Source: Chloroflexota bacterium | GTDB lineage: Bacteria; Chloroflexota; Dehalococcoidia; Lucifugimonadales; JADFKI01 | Assembly: GCA_027623195.1 (NCBI GenBank) | Contig: JAQBUT010000037.1 | Coordinates: 1 to 19,610, forward strand | Direction of reading: 5' to 3' | Length of the DNA stretch: 19,610 bases | Shown: piece after piece, positions 6,506 to 15,399 of the stretch | How the letters are laid out: the number at the start of each line of letters is the position of its first letter | How positions within the stretch are numbered: position 1 is the first letter of the stretch | Translations under genes and position numbers: made by a program | The notes under the pieces: generated by a model | Seen by the model: the letters and a program-made list of their open reading frames with translations, nothing else | Databases searched by the model: none | Told to the model about the DNA's origin: nothing

Positions 6506-8542
6506 TCAGCCGTTGTTAGAGAGGAACTGGCGCAGAAACTCCACTACGCGGTCGTCAAGAACGTTGGCCAACGCCGAGGAGTCGGACACCTGGACTAGTT
6601 CGATGAACTTATCTAACTGCTCCCGCGTTGGCCTGTCCAAGATCTGCATGGCGCTGTGAGTGCTCAATCGGCGATTGTACTCGCGCAACGCCCTGGCGAC
6701 CTCGCCGGAAAGCTGCTCCACGCTCCGATGCGGAATGGCCACATTCATCGGCAAAATACACGAACGGCAATATGGAACGTCGCCCAGGTCCAATTCGCCT
6801 TCCGCAACGCCACACAGGCGGTACCCCTCAGACACATCCTTGAACATCTGGTGGACCTCTGTCCCCACAGGCTCGCCCAACTCCGGAATTTCGTTGAAAC
6901 GTGCGAGGGCGTTCACTTGCGGTGTTAGGGTTTCCAGCTGGTGCCGGAGCTCAAGCGCCTCCTGGTGATAAGTGGCGTGAAACGAACTATAGGTCGTGGA
7001 GAAGTTTCCTCGAAGCCTTTCAAGCCCCTCATTGATGCTGTGCCACAGGGACGGGTTGCTTATCAGGCTGGCGGCATCCAGCCTGGCCATGAGCGAGTCC
7101 CGGACAAGCCGTAGGTCCTGATGCTCCAACCCGAAGGTCATCCTATCCAGGTAATTGCGGGCCTCGATGATCGCGGGAACGTAATCCGACAAACTGGCGA
7201 CTCTTTGTAAAGTACCCAAAGCCTCGGACAGATCAGATGGGCCATCGAACTCCCGCTCCACCACAGCATAAAAACCCTGCAGGTCTTCGGCGAAGGACAT
7301 GCGCTTCAGACGTTCCAGGGTCTCGGCCACTGCCCCGACTGCGGACCCCAATCCTGCCGAAATCTCAGCGATTCTGGACTTGGCCGCAGTTAGTTCCGGC
7401 CGCAGCGCCATCAGCACACTTACCAGTTGGCGCTCCTGGTCAGGCGTATCAATGCCTTCATCAGAGGGAGTTAGGCCTTCAACGAGCAGCGTCGCATAAG
7501 GGAGAACCAGGTTCCAATCGACGGTGTGGTCCAGCCGCAATCCCGCCAGTTGTCCCAGTTTCAACACGGCAAAATCAACTTCCGGTACCAGGTCCCTGGT
7601 GATGCGGTCGCTGAGGAAGGCACCGCCTCTGTGGCTCGTAAGTCCGTGTCCGAGCTTCAACTGGAGCTCCCCGCGAGTCTGGCGAACGAATACCAGCAGA
7701 TGAAACAGCGCCAGCTCCAGCGTCAGGCCGTACGTATACATGAGCGTATGGGCCAACGCTGCCGGATCGGCCTCGCCAGCGGACCCTTCTAACTCCCGCT
7801 GAAGAATGGCCAAGACCGGGCTGTGGGAGGCGTCAAAAATCCCAGGACTCTCGGGAGAAGTCACACTCAGACCTGTGGCAAAGGACCTCATAGACTCCTG
7901 CGCGACGATATCTCCCTGGAAGAGCCCTCGGAACACGCGGTCAATGCCTTGGGCCGTTAGTGACTCTGGAAAAGCTCTATAGTCCAACGGCAGTATTGGA
8001 TGCGCCAGAAGCAATGTAGCCGATGCCAACGCGTTAGCCCAAGACTCCAATCCCGTATCCAGGAAAACATCTTGCGCCCGCAGCCCTATCTCTGGGTGGG
8101 TATATATCCTTCCCTGAGAATACGCCATGCCGTAACGCCGTTCCAATTCCCTCCGTAGGGATTCCTCCCGTTCAATCATGGCCCTGCGCAGGGCTTCTGA
8201 GTCGGGGTCCCTGTGAAGAACGTAGCGCTCCCTGGTTTCTTGGATCGACCTTAGCTCTCGCCGCAGAGACTGGCGGACCTGCGTGGGGGAACGGCCCGGT
8301 ACCACCATGGCGATACGGGTATCCAGGATGCGACTCGGGGGTATTCTGCGGGGGACGGTGAAGAAGACCAGACGAAAGTTCAGATTAGGCGGCAGAGGCT
8401 CGCCCCACCGGTGATTTACGCCCTCGGCAATAATCACCTCGCCGGTGTACTCCAAACCTCGATGCCGGACCACCCACGGCTGCGGCTGGCCCAGAGATTC
8501 CAGGTCAAAGCTTAGTGATTGAGGGAGATTTTGCTCGTCCAT
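6506..8542 (-). CDS. Large helical hypothetical protein with C-terminal C-x14-C-x2-C motif; resembles the C-terminal part of DUF6079/BrxC-type proteins
   Basis: 678-aa open frame, Leu/Glu-rich and helical. Contains YSSFHATYH ... LCGVAEGELDLGDVPYCRSC. No Walker A motif seen. The ORF is solid; the family call is from memory. Confidence 0.7.
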   Translation of the reverse strand: MDEQNLPQSLSFDLESLGQPQPWVVRHRGLEYTGEVIIAEGVNHRWGEPLPPNLNFRLVFFTVPRRIPPSRILDTRIAMVVPGRSPTQVRQSLRRELRSIQETRERYVLHRDPDSEALRRAMIEREESLRRELERRYGMAYSQGRIYTHPEIGLRAQDVFLDTGLESWANALASATLLLAHPILPLDYRAFPESLTAQGIDRVFRGLFQGDIVAQESMRSFATGLSVTSPESPGIFDASHSPVLAILQRELEGSAGEADPAALAHTLMYTYGLTLELALFHLLVFVRQTRGELQLKLGHGLTSHRGGAFLSDRITRDLVPEVDFAVLKLGQLAGLRLDHTVDWNLVLPYATLLVEGLTPSDEGIDTPDQERQLVSVLMALRPELTAAKSRIAEISAGLGSAVGAVAETLERLKRMSFAEDLQGFYAVVEREFDGPSDLSEALGTLQRVASLSDYVPAIIEARNYLDRMTFGLEHQDLRLVRDSLMARLDAASLISNPSLWHSINEGLERLRGNFSTTYSSFHATYHQEALELRHQLETLTPQVNALARFNEIPELGEPVGTEVHQMFKDVSEGYRLCGVAEGELDLGDVPYCRSCILPMNVAIPHRSVEQLSGEVARALREYNRRLSTHSAMQILDRPTREQLDKFIELVQVSDSSALANVLDDRVVEFLRQFLSNNG

Positions 8543-8735
8543 ATCAGTTGCCGATCATGGCTGCAGCGAATAGACGGTACATCCCGTGGCGTCCCGCTGC
8601 TAAATACTAAAGGTCCCAGATGGAAAACGCGCAAAGGCGTTGGCTAACCGAGGGTTACATATCACTGGTGACAGCCACCAGCGCAAGACGCAAAGTGGTC
8701 GGATACGCAGTCTTCAACCCTATCGTAAGCTCAGG

Positions 8736-9233
8736 CTATTCCAGGAAAACATCACCGCTCTTGCCACCGGTCTTCTTGACCAGTCGCACGCCATCTATTC
8801 GCATGGCTCTGTCCACGGCCTTGCACATGTCGTAGATCGTCAGCGCCGCGATGCTTACTGCAGTCAGCGCCTCCATCTCCACGCCAGTTTTGCCGGTAGT
8901 CTTGGCCGTCCCCGTTATGTTGATGGCACTGGCTTCATCGTCATACTCAAAGTCAACAGCCACCTGGGTTAAGGGCAGCGGATGACAAAGCGGAATGAGA
9001 TCAGACGTGTTCTTGGCTCCCATAATGCCGGCGATCCGCGCCACGCTAAGAACGTCCCCCTTCTTCAAACTGTTGGCCTTAATCAACGCCAGCGTTTCAG
9101 GCTTCATGGTAATAGTGCCTCTAGCCACAGCCTCTCGGTCGGTGGAGTCCTTCCACCCGACGTCCACCATGCTGGCCGCGCCGGATTCGTCTATGTGCGT
9201 GAGCTTGTTGCCGGAGGTATCAGCGTTTGGCAT
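8736..9233 (-). CDS. moaC: Cyclic pyranopterin monophosphate synthase MoaC
   Basis: [42 protein letters not shown] and KTGGKSG. ATG 9233 follows GGAGG and overlaps the end of rnhA. Confidence 0.97.
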   Translation of the reverse strand: MPNADTSGNKLTHIDESGAASMVDVGWKDSTDREAVARGTITMKPETLALIKANSLKKGDVLSVARIAGIMGAKNTSDLIPLCHPLPLTQVAVDFEYDDEASAINITGTAKTTGKTGVEMEALTAVSIAALTIYDMCKAVDRAMRIDGVRLVKKTGGKSGDVFLE

Positions 9234-9615
9234 ATCTCTCGGCCTCCTCCACAGCAAGACGGTCGGCCTCATCGTTTAACGGGTGACCATTGTGACCGCG
9301 AACCCACTGCCACTTGACCCTTCGGCTACCCACCTCTGCATCCATCTTGGCCCAAAGGTCCTGGTTCTTATTGCGCTTCCAGTTCTTAGTCATCGTGTTT
9401 ATGACGTACTGGCTATCGCTATAAATCGTGACCTCCTCCTGTTCTGGAAGGTACCTAAGGCCCTCGATAACGGCCGTCATCTCCATGCGGTTGTTGGTGG
9501 TCTCGCGTTCGCCGCCCTGAAGCATTTTCTTGCCGCCGTCTTCCAGAATCACAGCGCCCCATCCACCGGGACCGGGGTTACCCTTGCAAGCCCCATCAGT
9601 ATAAATATCAACCAT
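9220..9615 (-). CDS. rnhA: Ribonuclease HI
   Basis: [54 protein letters not shown]. Confidence 0.97.
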   Translation of the reverse strand: MVDIYTDGACKGNPGPGGWGAVILEDGGKKMLQGGERETTNNRMEMTAVIEGLRYLPEQEEVTIYSDSQYVINTMTKNWKRNKNQDLWAKMDAEVGSRRVKWQWVRGHNGHPLNDEADRLAVEEAERYAKR

Positions 9616-9714
9616 ATCTAATATTCCATCAATGCCTTTTCTTAAATTACTACCATTTTAAACGACGGTGCTACCCCATAGAAGAGCGGTGGCGTCCATG
9701 AAATTTGTGATAAC

Positions 9715-9742
9715 TGGACATAATCAGGGGACATGGTATTAT
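9715..9742 (+). promoter_or_regulatory. Putative sigma70-type promoter for the serine protease gene
   Basis: TGGACA (9715-9720), 16-nt spacer ending in TGG, then TATTAT (9737-9742); extended -10 TGn present. Confidence 0.4.
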
Positions 9743-9812
9743 GCTGATAATTAGATATCCTCTAATTATGGTTCTTTATTATGGATTAGCCTAATCACCA
9801 AGGTGATAAATC

Positions 9813-11402
9813 ATGTCTATACGCATCCTTATTGCTTTAATTTCGTCACTCCTACTGGCAGCCGTCGCTTGTGTCGGAACGACGCGCCCGGAATCGGCAA
9901 CCGATGGTCAGCCAACGGCTACTCAAACGCTCGCGCCAATCGCTGCATCTCCAAGCCCAACTTTGATAGCAACCCAAACTGTCGAACCAACTGCAACGCA
10001 GACCGTTGTGCCACCGACAGCCACAGTACCGCCAACGCCCTCGCCCACGTCTTCACCAACTGCAACGCCTAGCCCATTGCCTACCAACACCCCGGAGCCT
10101 ACGTTTACTCCTACGTCCGAGCCAACGTCCACACCAGAACCTACGCCCACGCCTGGACCACTTTCGGCGGCTCAGGTATTTGAGCAAGTATCACCATCCG
10201 TGGCATTTATACAAACGTCCTCGGCTAGTGGCAGCGGGGTTTTGCTCAGCGACGGGTACGTGATTACGAATGCCCACGTTGTCTGGCCATATAACTCGGC
10301 AAGAATCGTGTTCTCTGACGGCAGCGAATTTCTCAATATCCCTGTCCTAAACCAAGACTTGATAGCGGATATCGCGGTGCTGGGGCCAATTGACACAGAC
10401 TTGAACCATATCGACCTTTCCAATGGTGAGAACCTTATTATTGGGAGTGACACATATCTCATCGGTTATCCGGGTGAAGTTGAGGAGTTTCCCAAACCCA
10501 CAGTGACACGAGGACTGATTTCTAGACTCCGAGAATGGGATACGGGCCAGATTACCTACTTCCAGACTGATGCAACTATCGCTGGCGGCCAAAGCGGAGG
10601 TGTGCTTGTTTCGGACAAGGCAGAGGTGATTGGGATTTCAGGATTCTCGTTCACGGAAGCAGGGTTCGGATTAGTGGCCTCTTCTGCCGATCTTTTGCCC
10701 CGTGTGAACGCCTTAATTAATGAGGAAAACGTAGATAACTTGGGGGAAAGAACCATTCTAATGAGTGGAGGCGCGCGTCGAACTGATCTAACTCTTGAAA
10801 ATTTTTGGGATACCAAGGCTTTCGTTATTATGGAACCAGTCGGCACAGAAATTGAGTTGAGTGTAAGCAGTGACAACGATGCGGCATTGACCCTATATGA
10901 CTCTTTCGGAACTGAGATTCTCAAAGTTGACGATGGATTTGATGGCATGGAATCTGGGGCAGCCATTATTGATTACGCTGAACCTTATTTCCTTGTTATC
11001 AAGCAATTCAACGAGGCCGTCGGCCAATTCCGAGTGCACAGCAATCGCAATATTGTCCAGCTTGAAGATTTGGACGATTCTCAGAGATTAAATATAGGCC
11101 AAATAACCTACGGGAATATCGATTACCCTGGGGATATCGATTACTTTATCCTCAAACTGGAAGGGCGCGACACAGTTGACATTAAAGTCGAGTCCGCAAT
11201 GGTGGACTCATATATAACGGTGGACTTCGAAGGAGCCGTCGAGCACGAATATACATCCGATGACGACAGCGGAGGTGGACTTTTTGGCCTGAACGCATTA
11301 ATAACTTTCACCGCGCCAAGAACTAAGGACTATTTCGTGGTGGTCCAGGACGCCAACTCAAGGGCCCCTGGCGGCTATATCGTTAGTGTGACCCCGCGCT
11401 AA
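9813..11402 (+). CDS. Lipoprotein trypsin-like (S1C/HtrA-type, no PDZ) serine protease with Pro/Thr linker and C-terminal PPC-like domains
   Basis: Signal peptide with lipobox AVAC and a long PT-rich linker. Catalytic triad in ITNAHVV / DIAVL / GGQSGG. C-terminal GDIDYF...DDDSGGG...NALI pre-peptidase-C-like repeats. Confidence 0.88.
   Translation: MSIRILIALISSLLLAAVACVGTTRPESATDGQPTATQTLAPIAASPSPTLIATQTVEPTATQTVVPPTATVPPTPSPTSSPTATPSPLPTNTPEPTFTPTSEPTSTPEPTPTPGPLSAAQVFEQVSPSVAFIQTSSASGSGVLLSDGYVITNAHVVWPYNSARIVFSDGSEFLNIPVLNQDLIADIAVLGPIDTDLNHIDLSNGENLIIGSDTYLIGYPGEVEEFPKPTVTRGLISRLREWDTGQITYFQTDATIAGGQSGGVLVSDKAEVIGISGFSFTEAGFGLVASSADLLPRVNALINEENVDNLGERTILMSGGARRTDLTLENFWDTKAFVIMEPVGTEIELSVSSDNDAALTLYDSFGTEILKVDDGFDGMESGAAIIDYAEPYFLVIKQFNEAVGQFRVHSNRNIVQLEDLDDSQRLNIGQITYGNIDYPGDIDYFILKLEGRDTVDIKVESAMVDSYITVDFEGAVEHEYTSDDDSGGGLFGLNALITFTAPRTKDYFVVVQDANSRAPGGYIVSVTPR
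9890..10160 (+). repeat. Low-complexity Pro/Thr-rich coding repeats (PTATP/EPT)
   Basis: Translation PTATQT...PTPSPTSSPTATPSPLPTNTPEPTFTPTSEPTSTPEPTPTP. Confidence 0.7.
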
Positions 11403-11436
11403 AGGAAATACCCACAGATATGCAAAATAGAAAGGC

Positions 11437-12477
11437 CTACCCGCCGATGTGGTACATCTCGACTTTTTTGCGGCCCTGACGTAGCTCCTCTGTCAGCGAG
11501 GAGCGTTCTTCGGAGTAGCGATCGACGCGCCGGCTCCAGATGCCGCGCACAAGCTCGCCGAGCTCAGCGTCCGTGGCGCCATCTCGCATGGGTGCACGCA
11601 GATCCGTGCCGTCGACACCGAACAGGCAAGTGAAAAGCTCTCCCTCGGGCGAAAGACGCAGCCTGGTGCAGTCGCCACAGAAGGGCTTGGTTACGGACGA
11701 TATTACGCCAATCTCGCCGCCACCGTCCTTGTAACGGTAGCGAGAGGCCACCTCTCCGGTATAGTTGGCGTCGGCAGGCTCCAAAGGCATCTCCGCATCG
11801 ATACGTGAGACGATCTCTTCAGCCTTCACCACCTCGTCCAGCTTCCAGGCGTTGATATTGCCCACGTCCATGTACTCGATGAAGCGCACGATGTGACCCC
11901 GTTCCTTGAAGTAGCGGGCCAGGTCAACAATGGTGTGGTCGTTAACGCCCCGCTGCACCACCGAGTTGACCTTGATAGGGCGGAAGCCCGCTTCGGCGGC
12001 GGCCTCAATCCCCTCCAAAACACGCTGGGTGCCGAACCCTCGTCCGTTCATCTTCTTAAAGACATCGTCGTCAAGACTATCCAGGCTAACTGTAATCCGC
12101 CGCAGGCCAGCCGCCCATAGAGGCGTTGCCATCTTGGCCAGCAGATAAGCGTTGGTGGTCATCGTCAGGTCTTCCACGCCGTCGATTCCGGAAAGCATGC
12201 CCACCAGCTTGTCGATCTCGTTGCGCACCAGGGGCTCACCGCCGGTAAGGCGCACCTTGGTTACGCCCAGGCCTACAAGAATCCGGGTCAGTCGCGCAAT
12301 CTCTTCGAAAGACAGAAGGTCTTTTCTAGACAGAAACTCGTAGCTCTCGCCGAATATCTCGGCTGGCATGCAGTAGGTGCAACGAAAATTACACCGGTCG
12401 GTAACTGAGATTCTCAGATCCCGCAGTGGTCTGTTGAACTGATCCAGTATGGTGGGTTTTGGAGAGGTTTCTGGCAT
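11437..12477 (-). CDS. moaA: GTP 3',8-cyclase MoaA (radical SAM)
   Basis: [44 protein letters not shown]...TCLF and C-terminal MYHIGG. Confidence 0.98.
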   Translation of the reverse strand: MPETSPKPTILDQFNRPLRDLRISVTDRCNFRCTYCMPAEIFGESYEFLSRKDLLSFEEIARLTRILVGLGVTKVRLTGGEPLVRNEIDKLVGMLSGIDGVEDLTMTTNAYLLAKMATPLWAAGLRRITVSLDSLDDDVFKKMNGRGFGTQRVLEGIEAAAEAGFRPIKVNSVVQRGVNDHTIVDLARYFKERGHIVRFIEYMDVGNINAWKLDEVVKAEEIVSRIDAEMPLEPADANYTGEVASRYRYKDGGGEIGVISSVTKPFCGDCTRLRLSPEGELFTCLFGVDGTDLRAPMRDGATDAELGELVRGIWSRRVDRYSEERSSLTEELRQGRKKVEMYHIGG

Positions 12478-12565
12478 ATTTACGCTTCGGGTACGAGTAC
12501 TTGGGTTCGTATTAGATATTATAGCGGAATAGCGTTACCACGGTGCGGATTAAGTGGACCGCCCC

Positions 12566-13159
12566 TTACACAGTCCTTCGCATCAGGGCGTCCCGCGCCT
12601 TCAAGACGGCTGCGCTGCGGTGACTCACGCGGTTCTTTTCGGCTGCGGTAAGCTCTGCCATGGTCTTGTCCTCTTGAGGAATCATAAACACCGGGTCGTA
12701 GCCGAAGCCATTGCTGCCACGAGGCTCTATGATGATCTCGCCAAGGCATTCTCCCGGGTAGAGCTCTGCCGGTCGGCCTGGCCAGACGATGGCAACTACA
12801 CACCGAAAACCGGCGCTCCATGGCTGTGGTTTGTCCGCCAAGTTACTCAGAAGCAGGGCGATTCGGTCGTTGTCTGTAGCGCCCTCACCGGCGTACCTGG
12901 CAGAGTGCACGCCCGGCTCTCCGCCCAGCGAATCCACCTCCAGACCAGAGTCGTCTGCCAGCGTAGGCAATCCGCTGAGACGGCTGTAGGTCTCGGCCTT
13001 CAGGGCCGCGTTCACTTCCAAAGTTGCGCCCGTCTCGTCCACGTCATGCTCAATGCCAACGTCGGCTAACGAAACAAGCTCAAAGGGCACGCCCTCCAGA
13101 AGAGAGGACAGCTCCTTGAGCTTGCCTTGGTTGTGCGTGGCTATCAGAAGTTTTTCCAA
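12566..13159 (-). CDS. rdgB: Non-canonical purine NTP pyrophosphatase (RdgB/HAM1)
   Basis: ATHNQGK, NAALKA, LADDSGLEV, PGVHSARY, GFGYDPVF, KNRVSHR. TTG start. Confidence 0.96.
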   Translation of the reverse strand: MEKLLIATHNQGKLKELSSLLEGVPFELVSLADVGIEHDVDETGATLEVNAALKAETYSRLSGLPTLADDSGLEVDSLGGEPGVHSARYAGEGATDNDRIALLLSNLADKPQPWSAGFRCVVAIVWPGRPAELYPGECLGEIIIEPRGSNGFGYDPVFMIPQEDKTMAELTAAEKNRVSHRSAAVLKARDALMRRTV

Positions 13160-13268
13160 TTTGGAATTTTCTATAGTTGGCGCCTGATAAACCTGCGGAG
13201 TGACAACGCTCCCATTATTGAGCTTAACGACGCCAGGCCACTCGGCGACAACTTACCTTATCCTCGGA

Positions 13269-14270
13269 TTACCGGCCCGTACGGGCTACGCTGGTATCTT
13301 TGGCCCGTTGGAGGTATGCCTGCTTGGCTTTGTCGATATTGGCGCTGTCGCCGCCCCATACCTTCAGAGGCGCTGCCTGAAGCGCACGCCCGAAGGAGAA
13401 ACTTAGCTCCCATGGCGCTCCGACCTTGGCAGCCAACCGATTGATGGCATCCAGGTTAGCGGTGGCCTCGCCGTCGCCCTGACCGCCGGACAGGAAGGCT
13501 ATTCCAGGCACGGCAGCAGGCACGGTGTTCAGGAAGCAGGCGATGGTCTTTTCAGCCACCTCCTTTGCAGACGCCCTGTTGGAGGCGTCCGTGCCAGACA
13601 AGACCATGTTGGGCTTCAGGATGGTACCGGTTAGGTCGACTCGCTGTTTGCCTAACTCGTAGTAGACCTGACGCAGGGTCGCCTCGGTGACCTCGTAGCA
13701 CTTGTCGATGGTATGCGAACCATCCATGAGTACCTCGGGCTCCACTATGGGCACCAGGTTGGCCTCTTGGCACAGGGCCGCATATCGCGCAAGAAGATGA
13801 GCATTGGCGTCGATGCAGTACTGGCTGGGAAGACCGTGGCCTACGGTGATCACCGCCCGCCACTTGGCAAAGCGAGCGCCCAACTCATAGTACTCCTTAA
13901 GCCTGTCCCTCAAGCCGTCCAAACCGTCGGTTATAACCTCTCCGGAAGCGTTGGCCAGTGGGTTTGTGCCCCTGTCCACCTTGATTCCAGGAATCACGCC
14001 CTGGTCCTGCAATACCTTGACCAGAGACGTTCCGTCGGCGCTTTTTTGCCGAATTGTCTCGTCGTACAGGATGACGCCGCTGATAAACTCGTTTGCGCCC
14101 TCGGTGCGGAATAGCATTTCGCGGTAGTCCCGGCGGCTATCCTCAGTTGATTCTGTGTTGATGGAATCGAATCGCCGCTTGATTGTACCGGTGCTCTCGT
14201 CCGCTGCCAGAATGCCTTTGCCTGGCGCCACCATGGCGTTGGCCGTATCCCGAAGTTGCTGAATGTCCAT
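13269..14270 (-). CDS. fba: Fructose-bisphosphate aldolase, class I (eukaryote-like Glycolytic family)
   Basis: GKGILAADES, GIKVD, ARFAKWR, VPIVEPEV, Schiff-base Lys in ILKPNMV, FLSGGQ, SFSFGRALQ. Confidence 0.96.
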   Translation of the reverse strand: MDIQQLRDTANAMVAPGKGILAADESTGTIKRRFDSINTESTEDSRRDYREMLFRTEGANEFISGVILYDETIRQKSADGTSLVKVLQDQGVIPGIKVDRGTNPLANASGEVITDGLDGLRDRLKEYYELGARFAKWRAVITVGHGLPSQYCIDANAHLLARYAALCQEANLVPIVEPEVLMDGSHTIDKCYEVTEATLRQVYYELGKQRVDLTGTILKPNMVLSGTDASNRASAKEVAEKTIACFLNTVPAAVPGIAFLSGGQGDGEATANLDAINRLAAKVGAPWELSFSFGRALQAAPLKVWGGDSANIDKAKQAYLQRAKDTSVARTGR

Positions 14271-14292
14271 ATATGCCCCCTAAATTATCCTG

Positions 14293-15255
14293 TCAGTCGC
14301 CACTGGCGTCGTGCGCGTCAATCATAATAGCTATTGTAGATTCAACAACGTCCCGATTACCAATAATGAGCGGAATTCGCTGGCTTCCGGATGAGGCCGC
14401 GCCTCCGGCCTGCTCAGCTACGTACGCCAAAGGATTGGCCTCGTACATTAGTCGTAGCTTGCCATGGGTATTGCTTCTGTCACAAGGGTAGAGGAATATG
14501 CCGCCTTTGAGGAGATTCCGGTGAAAGTCCGCTACCAGCGAGCCAACGTATCGCAGAGAGTATGCCTCCCGCAGAGTTGCGACGGCCTCCTGAGTGGCAT
14601 AATCCAACTTGGAATGGTTACCCTCGTTGGTACTGTACGTCGTAACTTCAGTCGGGATGCGAATGTCCGGGTGCGTTAGCCTAAAGTCGCGGTCTTCGGG
14701 GTCCATGGTAAAGCCCTGCACCCCATCCTCATTGGCTAAAACAAGGATAGTGCTGGAGCCGTACACAACGTAAACTGCCGCCACCTGTTCGTTGCCCGGC
14801 TTCAACAGGCTAGCATCCGTTATAGGTTGGCCCTCTTCCCTCTTCCAGATTCCGAAGATGGAGCCAATGCTCACCGCTACGTCGATATTTGAGGAGCCGT
14901 CGAGGGGGTCCATCTGTATGATGAATCGCTGGTCGGGGTGGTTTCCAACAATGACGGTGTGGTCGATCTCTTCACAGCTCATGGCCGCCACATGGCCACT
15001 GTCCCTCAGGACCTCTACGAAGGTGTCGGAGGCATAGGTATCCAGGAACTGGACAATCTCACCTTGAACGTTGGTATGACCGTCGCTGCCCAGGGCATCA
15101 GCCAGTGATGCTGCCTGAACTTTGGCCTGAACCTGCTGCGCGCCATCCGCTATGGCCGCCAGCACATACTCCAGACCGTCGTATTTGGGGTCCGACTTTA
15201 GCACCCCACTGGTATATTCGTTAAGTGTCCTTCGAATAGTTGCAACCACGTCCAT
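14293..15255 (-). CDS. fbp: Fructose-1,6-bisphosphatase class 1 (apparent in-frame deletion near the C-terminus)
   Basis: DPLDGSSNIDV, GSIFGI, RYVGSLVADFHRNLLKGGIFLYP, GKLRLMYEANP, EQAGG. GGGGAGG RBS before GTG/ATG at 15258/15255. Confidence 0.93.
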   Translation of the reverse strand: MDVVATIRRTLNEYTSGVLKSDPKYDGLEYVLAAIADGAQQVQAKVQAASLADALGSDGHTNVQGEIVQFLDTYASDTFVEVLRDSGHVAAMSCEEIDHTVIVGNHPDQRFIIQMDPLDGSSNIDVAVSIGSIFGIWKREEGQPITDASLLKPGNEQVAAVYVVYGSSTILVLANEDGVQGFTMDPEDRDFRLTHPDIRIPTEVTTYSTNEGNHSKLDYATQEAVATLREAYSLRYVGSLVADFHRNLLKGGIFLYPCDRSNTHGKLRLMYEANPLAYVAEQAGGAASSGSQRIPLIIGNRDVVESTIAIMIDAHDASGD

Positions 15256-15303
15256 CACTGCCTCCCCATTTACACCGGACCACACGTAGGTAATTGACTT
15301 ATT

Positions 15304-15331
15304 ATTGTATCACCGAAATGTGTTATGTAAA
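15304..15331 (-). promoter_or_regulatory. Putative sigma70 promoter of the fbp-fba operon
   Basis: Minus strand TTTACA, 16-nt spacer ending TGA, then TACAAT (extended -10), about 50 nt before the fbp start. Confidence 0.5.
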
Positions 15332-15399
15332 GTATAAACGTGGCCGAAACCCTGGAGGATCAAATTACGGTAGGGTAATCGACGGAGAGGAATGGCGTA

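Noticed and set aside
8620..8720. Run of short hairpins including GACGCAAAG, reminiscent of a c-di-GMP-I riboswitch
   Set aside because: The upstream GGCAAA/GNRA P1 elements are missing, the stems are only 5-6 bp, and on the + strand it faces the 3' end of moaC with no gene to regulate.
12478..12565. Moco riboswitch upstream of moaA
   Set aside because: The intergenic region is short and shows only a TATAAT -10-like hexamer (12518-12523, minus strand); no recognisable Moco RNA structure.
13269..15255. fbp + fba as evidence of a Calvin cycle
   Set aside because: No RuBisCO, phosphoribulokinase or transketolase in the window; gluconeogenesis is sufficient.
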